Positions 23,935-36,242 of a stretch of DNA of 64,000 nt are shown piece by piece. Source of the stretch: Octopus vulgaris (Eukaryota); the NCBI GenBank assembly GCA_951406725.2, contig OX597821.1, positions 39,804,001-39,868,000 on the forward strand, written 5' to 3'. Each line of letters starts with the position of its first letter. Position 1 is the stretch's first letter. A program made the translations under genes and the position numbers. Below the pieces are notes generated by a model. That model had not been told where the DNA came from. It searched no databases and saw only the letters and a list, made by a program, of their open reading frames with translations.

Positions 23935-24860
23935 TTGTGAAAATGTGAATCTCAGTTTATATTTGCATTTTATTATTCTTTCAGAGAATAATTATCTTTA
24001 ATTACCTTTTCATTGTTCAATAAGATGCATAGTGATTCCTCTGAGCATAAACTGCACTCTTGAAAGAAGGCATCATATGGGTGTGCATGTTTTATTATTG
24101 ACCAATTTAAAGTATATTTTACTCTATCCGCCTTTAATTTCTATAGAAGGTCAGCTAATGATGTTGAATGTCTCTTATTGATTTTGTTGAAACTATTAGT
24201 GTGATTTCGATATTGATTTTTAAAAGAATCAGCAGAAGCACCTATATAGACATATCGGCCTCCCCCTTGTTCACCCTGTGCATCTGTATATCACACTCCA
24301 ACACAAACATCAGTTCTGCAAAAGACATTGTATTTTTTCTCTGCAAGTGCATTTGTTGTTTCGTGCACCATTATGTTGATATTCTCCTTTTTCATTCCAT
24401 TTCTAGTGTTCTGTCATTTCCTCTATTATTACATGGCTCTAACTGGTTCTCATTAAATTGATTCCTGCTGTAATTAGTGTCATTAGTGTTAGAATTTTTG
24501 GTACATCCACTGTTGGTGGTATTTATACTGGGTCTGTTTATGCTATTACTTCCATTGTAACTATTAGAGATTAGTTGGCTTCTTCCTTCTTTATTATCCA
24601 AGTCCTTGGTAAATACTATACTATACGTTCACTAGCTTTATTATTGAACTCCTGATTCAGTTTCCTATTGTTAATTCTACGTAAATGGTGGTCTAAGTTA
24701 CTAGAGTTCTCATATGATATCTTCACAGTGCGCCTGTTAAATATTTTGTGTTATTTATTGGATTTAGGAAAACATCCAATAAAGAATTCCTTTTCAATCC
24801 TCAATGATATATGTGATCCATAGAAAGGGTTCTCTCACAGAACATTGGGGTTTTTGTATC
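23935..24860 (-). mobile_element. Penelope-like element (Neptune-type) remnant: thumb/linker and GIY-YIG endonuclease
   Basis: Minus strand CFPKSNK*HKIFNRRTVKISY; CTCR..QCLL..CL..SVIYRC; YVYIGASADSFKNQYRNHTNSF..HSTSLADLL*KLK..YTLNWSII..PY....CSLCSEE. Contains stops and frameshifts. Confidence 0.85.
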
Positions 24861-25324
24861 TTTTGTTCAGTTTGTTGCTTCTAATGCTGGATGTGAGAGT
24901 GTGGCTTGTTAATGAGTTGTAATAATCTCATATTTTATTGTTTTTTATTAGCAGTTTCCGTTTTAGTTTTGTAATTTTTCATTTTTTTATTCATGGCTTA
25001 TTCAGATCCTCTCCATCAATCCTGTGGTTGTGTCTGTGTGTTCCTACGTAGAGTTTACCTGTCTTAATATTTTGGTTATTAGAATTAAACATATTACTAT
25101 TGTATATATATTTTATTTTTTTCTAATTGAAATAAGTTAAATGGAGACTAAAAAAACAAGATACCTTTTGACAAGTCACCTGACGGGACACATCTGTACC
25201 AATGATGCACCACAACTGTTTGTACAGCATTTCACTTGCAAGGCACTGGTGCACAGTGGGTCAAAACAATCATAATGAATAATAAAAAGTCTCATGAATA
25301 CCTTTTCCTTTCTCTCATGTTTTA

Positions 25325-25833
25325 TGAGTCAAGTACATCAACATCAAAATAAAAATCAAATGGCAATTGTAGTTGTTATACCTGTGCTGGTGGCACGTAA
25401 AAAGCACCATCCGAACATGGCTGATGCCGGCGCTGCTCTGACTGGCTTCTATGCTGGTGGCATGTAAAAAGCACCAACCGATCATGGCTGCTGCCAGCCT
25501 CCTCTGGCACCTGTGCTGGTGGCACGTAAAAAGCACCATCCGAACATGGCTGATGCTGGCGCTGCCCTGACTGGCTTCTGTGCTGGTGGCACGTAAAAAG
25601 CACCAACCGATCATGGCTGCTGCCAGCCTCCCCTGGTACCTGTGCTGGTGACACGTAAAAAGCACCCACTACACTCACGGAGTTGTTCACGTTAGGAAGA
25701 GCATCCAGCTGTAGAAACACTGCCAGATCAGACTGGAGCCTGGTGCAGCCTCCTGGCTTCCCAGATACCGGTCGAACCGTCCAACCCATGCTAGCATGGA
25801 AAACGGACGTTGAATGATGATGACGATGATGAT
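25325..25833 (+). mobile_element. Family C element with five internal 26 bp repeats
   Basis: Repeats start at 25383, 25450, 25512, 25579 and 25641, followed by the standard family C end and (GAT)n. Confidence 0.88.
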
Positions 25834-26289
25834 GTATGCGTGTGTGTGTGTGTGCAATGATTGTGTATGAAGTGTAATGTTGTACAATAAGGAAACATCT
25901 TATTTGATGTGGCAGCTGGAAAGAAATGAAGCAAAGCTACTTTATTGGACAGAGTAATATTTGTGTAGCTGAGTGGGAGAGCAACAATGAGATGAGGAAA
26001 AAGATGGACTTTAAGAATTAATTAAGTGTCGTGTTTAGAAGAGAAGACTGCACATAAATAGATGAAGACAGTCAGTTTAAGAAGCAGCCAGGTAATTTAA
26101 ACAGAAGGATTATGACAGAGAGAAAGATCATGGAAAACATGGGTAGAAGTGACAAAAGAGGAAACTAACTTTATTAAATGTTGAACTTCATCGAGGAGAT
26201 GATAAATGACCACAGCGTATAGTAAGACATTGTAGCAGGAAAGAGAGTTCAACTCAAGCATGCTTAGAAAAACAAACATAGATTTGGGG

Positions 26290-26660
26290 GTAGTGGTGGT
26301 GGTGGTGATGGTGATGAGGAGGAGGAAGATGGTTATGACGAGGATGATAACGAGGATGTCAATGCAGTGGACAAGGACAATAATAATGACAATGGTGATG
26401 ACATAAACAATATGACAACAATAACAATAATGACGATGATGATGATAAGAAGGATAATAAGGACGATGTTGATGATGATGATGATGACAATGCTGTCTAA
26501 ATGACAATGATAATGATGAGGACAGCAATGGTGATGACAATATTAACAATGATGAACGTGATGATTGTGGCTGTGATGCTAATATGAATACAACATTACC
26601 AACAGTCACAACAAAGATCACGATGGCAACATTGATGATGATGACGATGACAACGATGGT
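26290..26660. repeat. Degenerate (GAT)/(GAC)/(AAT)n tract
   Basis: Direct reading. Confidence 0.92.
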
Positions 26661-28794
26661 GGATCTCTGCACATTTCCCATGCAAGTAAGTTACTAGTTA
26701 ACCATAGACTACTACAGAATACACTTGCTCAAGGCACCACCTAGTGGATCAGGTCTAGAACCAATAGTTATAATGTGAACTTCTTCATCACAGTCATAGC
26801 TCAGGCTGAGTTAGGCAAGTGTCTTATCCAGGGGGAATTTTATCTCTCATCCATTTAACTTAATGCAATAAAGACAGTATTAATCATTATTCCATGCACT
26901 CTGTTTAACATTCATTTTTACATTTTATTTCCAGTCCATAGAATTTGACAATAATATTCTGCAAACACTAACTGAAAAATAAGAAAAATAAGGTTTGTGC
27001 CATAAAATACATGAGTATTTTATGGCATAAACATGGGGCAGTGGTTTGATAAAATGGGGAAGATCCGTCAACCAGTTTCCGACTATGGATGCATAAAATC
27101 CACAACAAATTCATTTTGGTTTGTATAGGAAATTATTGTCCTCCTGCTGTAAAAACTTAGTTTTTCTTTTTGTTTTGTTATGTAGTATTATTGCATGAAA
27201 CTCTCAAATAAAAGGTTGAAATTGTTGTAATGTTGTGAAGCTAGGTTAGGCTAGGATGAGTTTTGGTTTTGTTGTTATGTCACAGTGGTAACACTTAGAA
27301 AAGGGAACTAAACATTTATTACTTTTGTGCAATAAAGAAAGCTTAATAGAAAGTAAACTATACAGGCTGAATTATATTTATTTCTATATATTTTGTTGAC
27401 AGTATTGACTGTTTTCCTTTCTTTCTTCCTCTTCACTTTAAGAGAAAAAATGCTGGGGTGGAGAAACACCAAACAAAAGAAACAATGCATCATTTCTTCA
27501 AATTTTCTTCAGGGTAGATATATATTTGTTATTTTGTACAAATAATTTCCTTTGCAAATACATTGTCCCATATTAAACGGAAGCTTGTAGGAAGTTATCT
27601 GAGTCATTCTCCGACTGAATATATTTCAGACGTTTTGATAAATAGATTTCTGCAAGAAAATTAATTGATTCTCAGTCTCATCTGTGTTAATAGTTTAGCA
27701 AGAAAGAAGAATGTCTCTTATAATCTGTTGAAAACAAACATGGTAAAGAAGGGAAGAACGGTAATAGAAAGATAAATGTCCACCGTGTATACAGTATTTT
27801 GTTAGTGTAGCTTTTGTGCTTCTTTATTTTCACTCTACTTTCTTTCTCTTCTTTATAGAATCATGCATAAATTCACACATTTATACAGGATTGTTTGCTA
27901 TTCTTCTTTCTCTTGTATTACATTTATTTTCCCAGCAAGCAGGTTTAGTTGCATTTATTGTTTTTAGTCATATCTTTGGCATCTTACCACTAACCACTCA
28001 AGCATGAAGTAGGAATGGTATCTGTTTCCACTGAATCAAAATAAGGTGAATAAAGTTACATGTCTTGCCTACAAGCAAAGAATCTAGTGTGGTTTAAATG
28101 GATAATTATGATTATTAGTCAGACTCTATCATTTTAATGCAACACCATTGGAATACTTATATTAACTTGTCAGCTTTAACCTTTTCCAAAAGAAAAACCA
28201 AGTCAAGTCAATAAAATGTGGAAGCACAAGGCAAAGATTTGATGGCTTGTATCAGTTGCCTCTGTTTTTGGCTTAAGACCAACGTTTCTTAACTTTTGCT
28301 GATCCCATATACACCATTCACAATTATGTAACACACTCTGGTAGATACCATCCCTGGAAGATAATTTGCAGTTTATTAATTTTCAGTATTGAGTTCAATA
28401 TCTCCAGTGTGTATAGAGAAAAATGGACTCTGTATATATATATATATATATACACTACATGCTCTGCATTAATACATAGCAACAAAGTTATCTTACATAT
28501 GCCATCTGTCTCACCAATGAATATTTGTCTCATCATTACAATTAGTTAAAAAGAAATCTACAGAAAATAAGAGGAAAGAGTTAATAAGATATGACATGGC
28601 TTTGGTTACCCATAGGTCTTGAATTCAATTCTGATTCAAGTGTTTTCATGTTTATTTGGGAATTAGCCTTAAATTCTATGTTTGCTTCTATAACCAGTAG
28701 TCTATGTGATCTCTTCAGAACCCCACCAAAGATCTATATCACTTATAACTACTTAATTAGAAATGCTAACTGCTTGTGTATTCAGCATATTTCA

Positions 28795-28950
28795 TGGCAC
28801 TCCGTTGGTTATGGTGACGAGGGTTCCAGTTGATGCAATCAATGGAACAACCTGCTCATGAAATTAACATGCAAGTGGCTGAGCACTCCACAGAAATGCG
28901 TACCCTTAATGTAGTTCTTAGGGGAGATTCCAATGTGACACAGAGTGTGA
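28795..28950 (-). mobile_element. SINE 3' region fragment
   Basis: Minus strand ..gtggagtgctcagccacttgcatgttaatttc..ggaaccctcgtc..ggagtgcca, which I recall as an invertebrate SINE tail. Confidence 0.45.
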
Positions 28951-29034
28951 AAGAAGAGAAAGAAAAAACACATCAATGCAACACTGAGTGCTTCAATTGG
29001 GTCACACCACAAGGTTCAATGGAACCTACTGAAG

Positions 29035-29285
29035 AAAACCAGCATGCTTATGGCATTACCACAAGCCATGGTGAGGCCAAAGCATTGGAAAAGCCAAGCA
29101 CTCTCATGGGCATCATCTGACACCTTAGTGCTGCCAACAATGACAATAACTTTGCCATTTGTGGCACAGTCCCTCCAAATGTCTCAAACGCCACAGATTG
29201 GAAGAGATAGTTCCCTGACAGGTCCCACACTACAGGGTTTTGTTGCATTCAGCTATGGAAGCAGTGACTCTCCCATTTACGGCAG
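29035..29285 (-). mobile_element. CRE-like RLE retrotransposon C-terminal fragment
   Basis: ASIAECNK..DLSGNYLFQSVAFETFGG...GNAISML resembles the AE..K..KY..L...Y.F.P.A.ETLG...RGNA terminus. Confidence 0.7.
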
Positions 29286-30514
29286 CATCAAATAAATGAA
29301 TAATTAAGAATTGTAAATATAAGTCGTTAACTAGCTAAATCTCTCCCAGTACATATACACTAACATAATTGTTAATTGTATGTATAATGTCTTTATTTTC
29401 AGAACCTACTGTATAGTATGATGTAGAAATTGTATGCACATTTCCATGTCCTTACGCATATCACCACATGCATTTCACTGAGCAAAGGACAGGTAGTTAA
29501 CAGGTGCTCTGCAAGACTGATGATATGCAAACTTAGACTGAGATTTAAATTTTCGCAATAGAATAGTAATTAATTGATTAATCAATGAATGTGTATATAT
29601 ATAGACAATATCTTTATTGTCTGAACTCACTGTATGATATTGAAATTGTATCTTATTGCACGCAAATTTCCATGTCTTCGTGCATGTCACCATAAGCAAT
29701 CACTGATGTGTTACTCTTTGTATGAAAGTCTCTCTGTGGACACACATAGATAGACATGTGAGAGTGGAGCCCGTTCCTCTATTCATCCATGTCAGTGTAT
29801 GTAAGGACTAATATGAACACAAACCAATATAGGTATACTTGTATGAACATATGTGTATGTGTATGAGTGAACATGTATATGTATATAAATGATCACATAA
29901 CCTGGCCCCTGATTCAAACAGCTAAATGTAAGGGAAGGTGTATGACTAAGTACACAATAAGAAATACAAAGTGCTTGCTACTAATTTGAACTCAGGACTG
30001 ATGAATTGGTATTCCAGTTCTCTATCCATTTGGCCATTATTTGTTGGTCAGTGGATGTGAATTCAGCCCATCCATTGATTATCTGCCAGTTCATCTCTCA
30101 ACCTCTTTAGTGTTGCAGACAGCAACGTTTTGGTTGCTTTGTAATTTCTTGAAATTATGTCACCAAATATATTTTTGGCTTGAATCCAACAGGCATTAGA
30201 TGCACTAGTGTTATAGGGAATTCATAATAATTGTACACCCCTCCCACGTTATGAATGGAATAACCTAATCACTATAAGTAAAAAGAAGTACCTGAAGTAC
30301 AAGAGTTCATAGTAGGTGGTCAGAGATAGTTGTGTCTTTACTGGTTTTACAAAGTAGACTGTATACTGAAGTGGGCATTACAACAATCCAACGTTTTAAG
30401 GATATAACAGTGGTGACGAGGATTGAAACAACTAAGTAGGAATTAATAAACTCTATGAGGAATTAACAAACTCACAAAGATTTTGTTGTGTGAATTTTAC
30501 GAAAATAAGTCATA

Positions 30515-31640
30515 AAAATTAAGGAAAATTTGTTGGCTGGTTTGCTCGAGTTGCAAAAACAGCAACAACAACAATTATTATCACAACAACAAATGCTACA
30601 ATTAATGAAGTCATCAGGAAATTCAGAAAAAATGTTCTTGCCAGACTGTCACAATCTCCTTAACAGAGTTCAAATACGAATCAGATGAAGGCGATATCTC
30701 CGAAGCCTACTACAGAAAATAGGAGCAAATCTTCGATAAAGAATGTAAAGAGAGAGACAATGAAAGGAAGACATGCATAATCTTGAGAAAACTGGCAGCA
30801 ACAGAACATGGACAATACAGTGATTATGTACTCTCAAGAAAACCTTTGGACATTAACTTTAATGACACAATAGATATATCGTGTAAAATTTTCAGTGAAA
30901 AATGTACATTGTTCAACAGACATTGGAAGAGACTGAACACAGAGAAAAACAATGATGAGGACAACAGCACATGTTCTGGTAGAGGAAACGGGGAATGCAA
31001 GAAGTTAAAGCTGGATGAATTAACCCCAGATCTGTTCAAATGCCTGACTTTTACACTGGGATGTACTGCCAAAAAGGATGCAGAAATTAGAACGAGAATT
31101 CTTGTAAAGGTGGAACAAAACCAGGATGTAACCCTGCAGCAAGTGTCAAAAGAATGTGAAAGGATAGTTAAATTAAGACATGACATAGAAGAAATTGAAG
31201 ATAAAGATTGCTTCCAAGTAAAGTAAGTGCAAAATAATCAGAATAAACTATTTTCTAAAAAACACAACAAAAATCGGGAAATAAACCAATGTTTTGCATG
31301 TGAAAGTATACACCCGAGGAAAATAAAAGTGGAGTGATTTCTTTGTGGAAATATAGGACATATAAAGATGACAAAACATCAGAACAAAGGACAAAGAATA
31401 AATAGTATGTCATTGGAAGAAATTGGTAATATAACAATGAGGAAATTTGTGAAGGGGAAAATCAGAAATACAAGTGTTAAAATGCAGTTGGACACTGGAA
31501 GTGACATCACCATTATAAAAGTAAAAACTTGGAAATATGTTGTTTAGCCAAAGTTAATTAAATCGAAAAAGGTAGCACATGGTGTTATAGGAAAGGGATT
31601 ATATTTTTTCGGTGAATTCATATGTAGTGTATCATTTTGA
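30515..31640 (+). pseudogene. gag-protease remnant of the LTR element
   Basis: LTPDLFKCLTFTLG..DAEIRTRIL..TLQQVSKECER, decayed zinc knuckles (CFACESIH, FLCGNIGH) and the aspartic protease motif QLDTGSDITII. Confidence 0.85.
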
Positions 31641-31869
31641 GGTCAAGCAAAAAGATATATGTATTAAAAAGTTTCACTTAATTTATTCAGCACAGAACGG
31701 ATGGAACTGTTCAAATTGTGGAATTCGGCCATTGGTGTTCTGTGTGGAAATATAGTTGGGTCAGTCGAAGGTTGGAATTTGGCTGTGGGACTGAAACAAA
31801 GATTGCAGTAAAATAGAGTGGAACACCTGTATGTAAGCCAAAATGAAATGAAAAAGTAAACATTGTTTA

Positions 31870-32556
31870 AAAATAGATGTTCCATGGTTGACAATACACA
31901 GTGATGCTGCTGGTCCTTTAAATGGTTCTTACTACTGATAGTTTTTCGAAATGGTGTGAAAAACCAACCTCCTCAACTGTGGTAAATGTTTTACACAAAT
32001 TGTTTGCAAGATTTGGTGACAATGGAACACAATCTGTACCTATTGATTTTTAAAATTTTGTGAAACGTTCATGGTAGAATATGTAACTACTGCTCCAAAC
32101 CATTCCAGATCTAACAGACAAGCAGAATGCTTTGTCGATACCTTCAAGAGAGCCCTTAGGAAATCAATTAAGGAAGTCACAGATGTAGTAGCTGTACAAC
32201 AATTTCTAAGAGTGTACCATGTGATACCAAATCCGAATGCACCAGCAGGTAGATCAACAATGGCGTTAATGTTTGCAAGGAAAGTAAAATCAGTCTTTGA
32301 TAAATTGCTCCCTGGCAAGAAGACAAAAATTGCCAGGGAAGACATAGCAAAATTCTTTAAAGTTGGTGAAAAGGTGTATATGAAGGCATACAAGAATGGA
32401 AAGCAAAGTTGGGAAGAAGGCATAATTACCAAATGCATAAGTAAAATGATATATTGGGTAAAAAGTAGAAAAGGCATTCAAAAGAGACACAGGAATGAAC
32501 TGGGAAAGAGATTCATGGAAAGCAAACCAAAGAAGTTGGAGGAACTGCTGGAATGA
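31870..32556 (+). pseudogene. Integrase remnant of the LTR element
   Basis: PW..IHSDAAGPLNG, DSFSKW, LFARFG-DNGTQ, TTAPNHSRSNRQAECFVDTFKRAL. Confidence 0.88.
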
Positions 32557-33027
32557 TTGTACGATACATTCCAAGTACCAATGCCACAGCGGATGATTAA
32601 AGCCAGGCAGACAAGTGAAAGGAAAAGAAAACATATAAAAGTTCCTGAAAATTGATGCCAAGTGCAAAAAATATTAGATTGTACGGAAAAAAAAAAACTG
32701 AAAAAAGGCAGTTGGGGTGAATAAAAAAAAATATTCCTAAATAGAATGACACTTCCTATGAAAACCTTAAAAGGGGAGATGTTGTAGAGAATTAGTAATA
32801 ATTGTACATCTCTCCCACGTGACAAATGGAATAACCTAGTCACTATAAGTAAAGAGAAGTGTGGGAGTACATCAGAACTGGTCAGAGGTGGTCGTGTCTT
32901 TACTGGTTTTAATAAGTATACTGAAGTGGGTGTTAGAACAATCTAACATTTTAAGGAAGGTGAGAGTTATACTACTGAGAATGAATAAAAATATGAAAAA
33001 GAAAAACAGCGAGAATGAGATTTTTAA

Positions 33028-33226
33028 AGTGCAGGTGGCACGTAAAAAGCACCCACTACACTCACAGAGTGGTTGGCATTAGGAAGGGCATCCAGCCGTA
33101 GAAACACTGCCAGATCTGACTGGGCCTGATGAAGCCTTCCAGCTTCACAGACCCCAGTTGAACCATCCAACCCATGCTAGCATGGAAAGCGGACGCTAAA
33201 TGATGATGATGATGATGATGATGATG
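33028..33226 (+). mobile_element. Family C 3' end with (GAT)n tail
   Basis: gtgcaggtggcacgtaaaaagcacccactacactc...gatgatgat. Confidence 0.88.
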
Positions 33227-33389
33227 AATTTAAAGTCAGATAGACTAAGTTTAAGGGTTTCTGCCTCTATAAGCAAAATATCACTTCTCTCTTTTCACAT
33301 ATAGAGTGAAAAGGGAGATATGGTTTAAGCTCTCAATGGACGAAATGTAGGATACAGCTTCAGTTCTTGGTGAAAGCCAACTTGCTTGA

Positions 33390-33589
33390 GACCATTCTAG
33401 TTCTATGATATAAGCCCCTTGTTTTGAAAGGGTTTGGATTAAAATCTTCCATAAAAATTCCATCTTAATTTATGTCTCAAACTCCATTTTCACAACGACA
33501 ACACTATTTCAGTAAAACCTTCATTATTTTCAAAATTAATTGAAACAAAATCAGCATATTTCAACAGTAAATGGTAACAAAAGGGTTAA
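33390..33589 (+). mobile_element. piggyBac-type MITE family 2, right part
   Basis: Ends GGTAACAAAAGGG-TTAA, with the body shared with the 23190 copy. Confidence 0.7.
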
Positions 33590-34385
33590 TTAATGATCTC
33601 GATAAAGCATGAATATTACAGAAAATTGCTTTCTTTCTTGAGTGACCTGCTGTGACCTCTGTGATGACAACAGTATTTCTATGGCATCCATTACACTGCA
33701 GCTGGATAATAACATCCTTTCAAGTCACTGCATTATCGTATAAATCGTGTAGCCTCTAGAGAGCCACTCAGTCTGCTTAAAATAGCAACCAAATGCCTCT
33801 CCAATCATAACCAGCCACATTTAAAAATAAAGAATACATTATCCTTTGTAAGAAATTAACAATAGATGATCATGGCTGGACACTGAGTATAAATCTATTG
33901 AAGCAATGCTAATCTAGAAGTAAACAGAAGCAAACACTTCACTAATCACACAAGACAGTTGTTGTGTCAGTGTTTCAGTTGGAATGTCTCCTCACAATAA
34001 TTATCTTCCATCCTTCATAATTTATGATCAATTACTTTATGCCAACAGGTCTCTTTTTCTAAATTTTATTATGACCATAAAAGGAATAAAATTACTTATT
34101 ACTGTATAGGAAAGTATGTTATCTACAAACACATTAACATAGACTTGCAGTGTGGAGGTGATGTTGGTGGTGGGGAAGCTGGTCGGCGTTGTTGTTGATC
34201 TTAAAGATTTTACTGCTACAACATACAGCACCTTTATGGATATGTGTGTATACAGGGTTACCTATAAATTATAAATGTGTCTGTTAATGTATATAAAAAC
34301 TAATGACCTACTTACTATGCAAGTATAAAATGTACGTGTGTAAATGAATGGATTTTGAAGATTTCAGCTTATACATGCATACCTA

Positions 34386-34645
34386 CATCATCATCATCAT
34401 CATCATTGTTCGACCGTGGTCGAGACAATAGAATTTACTATGTTACGCCAGACTTCATGGTCCATCATGGCATTACGGAGGTCCTGTTGCTGGATGCCTG
34501 TATCCTTGGAGATTACATCAGGGTAGGAGAGTGTGCGCCCTCTGGTATTGCGAGTAGATGGCTTCAAGAGGAGAAGAGTAGAAATTACCTCTTTTTCAGC
34601 TCTACAACAATGTCCAGCAAACTGGACTCTCCTACCTTTCACAAT
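34386..34645 (-). mobile_element. 5'-truncated RTE-type LINE 3' end with open frame and (GAT)n tail
   Basis: RRVQFAGHCCR..LLLKP..RGRTLSYPDVISKDTG..DLRNAMMDHEVWR..*, with the stop running into (TGA)n. Confidence 0.88.
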
Positions 34646-34697
34646 GCATGTGTGTGTGTGTGTACATGTATTTCTATTGATATAGATAAACATGTTT

Positions 34698-34763
<66 letters not shown>

Positions 34764-35284
34764 CTTAAACACACACACACACATATCATCTTGGCATCAT
34801 CAGATCATCGACAGGATTAATTCTTGATATCATCAGAATGCATTCCTTTATATATATATGTGTATATACATGTATGTATAATTTAGGACAATCAGAAAGT
34901 CTATTGGAGCAGGGAAGAGATGAAAATAGCAGTGATATATATAAGTATATATATATATACGTATATAGTTAGGAATATAATTCAAGTCCTTATGAAGCAC
35001 TTCTTCTTATTCCAGTACTTCAAAATCGTATGTAGATGCTATATTCAAATGAGCTATGCACAAGAGTTGAAAACTACTGGGAAATATTCTTTGCTGTATA
35101 ATTACATATCAAAACAAGAGATTGGAAAGAGGTTTTGGTAGAATTTATTCATCATTACATGTGTTTCATTTACTGATAGGAGATATATTACATGTTTCTC
35201 TCATTTGTACAATTTTGTAACTCTTATTAGCAAACAAAGCATATAATGGTGAATGAATAATGCCAAAAGTTTATTTTAATCTCT

Positions 35285-35495
35285 GCAAGCTGGCAGAATC
35301 ATTAGGACGTCAGGCAAAATGTTGAGTGACATTTCATCTGCTTTTGTGTTCTGAGTTCAAATTCCACTGAGGTCGATGTTGTTTTTCATCATTTTGGGGC
35401 TGATAAAATAAGTACCAGCTGAGCACAAGGATCAATGTAATCCATTATCTCCATACCCTAAAATTTCAGGCCTTGCGCCTAGAACAGAAAGGAGT
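35285..35495 (+). mobile_element. SINE family A, degenerate
   Basis: gcaagctggcagaatcattag..gagttcaaattcc..gataaaataagtaccag. Confidence 0.78.
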
Positions 35496-35944
35496 ATAAA
35501 TCTTATATTTTTTGGTGTAATAAGAAAGACAGTAACTTCATACCATATGTACCTTACTTAATTATGTGGCTTTGATTTTTAATATTCTTTTCTACTCTAG
35601 ACATTTGTTTACTCTGAGCACATGTCCTCAGACTGACACCTAAACACTCTAAAATGTTCATATTAGAGCTTCTGGCAAGAATGCCAAGCAGTGCATCTTG
35701 TCATTTCCAAATTTCTTGCAGCTTGAATTGCATTATAGTGTTGTGTTCCTCATAGATAGTGCCCAACTGACCCTACTATACTGTGTAGTCAACAAAATCA
35801 AAAACAATGCTCATGCATGAAATTAAAAATATAAAATGACAGCAATTTACCCAATGCACCCTGTTTATATATATATATATGCATATATATACATACATAT
35901 GTATATGTATATATTTATTTTTTTATTTTATTTATGCACCCTTT

Positions 35945-36242
35945 TTAAGCTTAGCCCAGTTCATGGGCCTGGTTTCCCGGTTTCTGTGGCTTATGTGTTC
36001 ACCCCAGCTGGATGGAATGCCAGTCTATCACAGCGTTACTCAAGGAACAGGAAGAAAGAGTGAGAGAAAGTTGGGGTGAAAGAATACAATAGGGGTCGCC
36101 ACCCCCACCCCCTGCCGGAGCCTTGTGGAGCTTTAGGTATTTACACTCAATAAACACACACAACGTCCGGTCTGGGAATCGAAACCGCTATCCTCCGACC
36201 GCGAGTCCACTGCCCTAACCACTGGGCCATTGCGCCTCCACA
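35945..36242 (-). mobile_element. SINE family D, near full length
   Basis: Minus-strand head tgtggaggcgcaaTGGCCCAGTGGttaggg..GGTTTCGATTCCcaga (A and B boxes). Confidence 0.87.

Larger units (their letters stand above)
30209..32957 (+). mobile_element. Ty3/gypsy (Mag-like) LTR retrotransposon, internally deleted and decayed
   Basis: 5' LTR TG..CA at 30209-30409, PBS TGGTGACGAGGA at 30411, PPT AAAAGGGGAGA, 3' LTR at 32780-32957. Contains gag, protease and integrase remnants. Confidence 0.93.

Noticed and set aside
25383-25666. CRISPR array
   Set aside because: Spacers repeat A-B-A-B, there are no cas genes, and the array lies inside a eukaryotic interspersed repeat.
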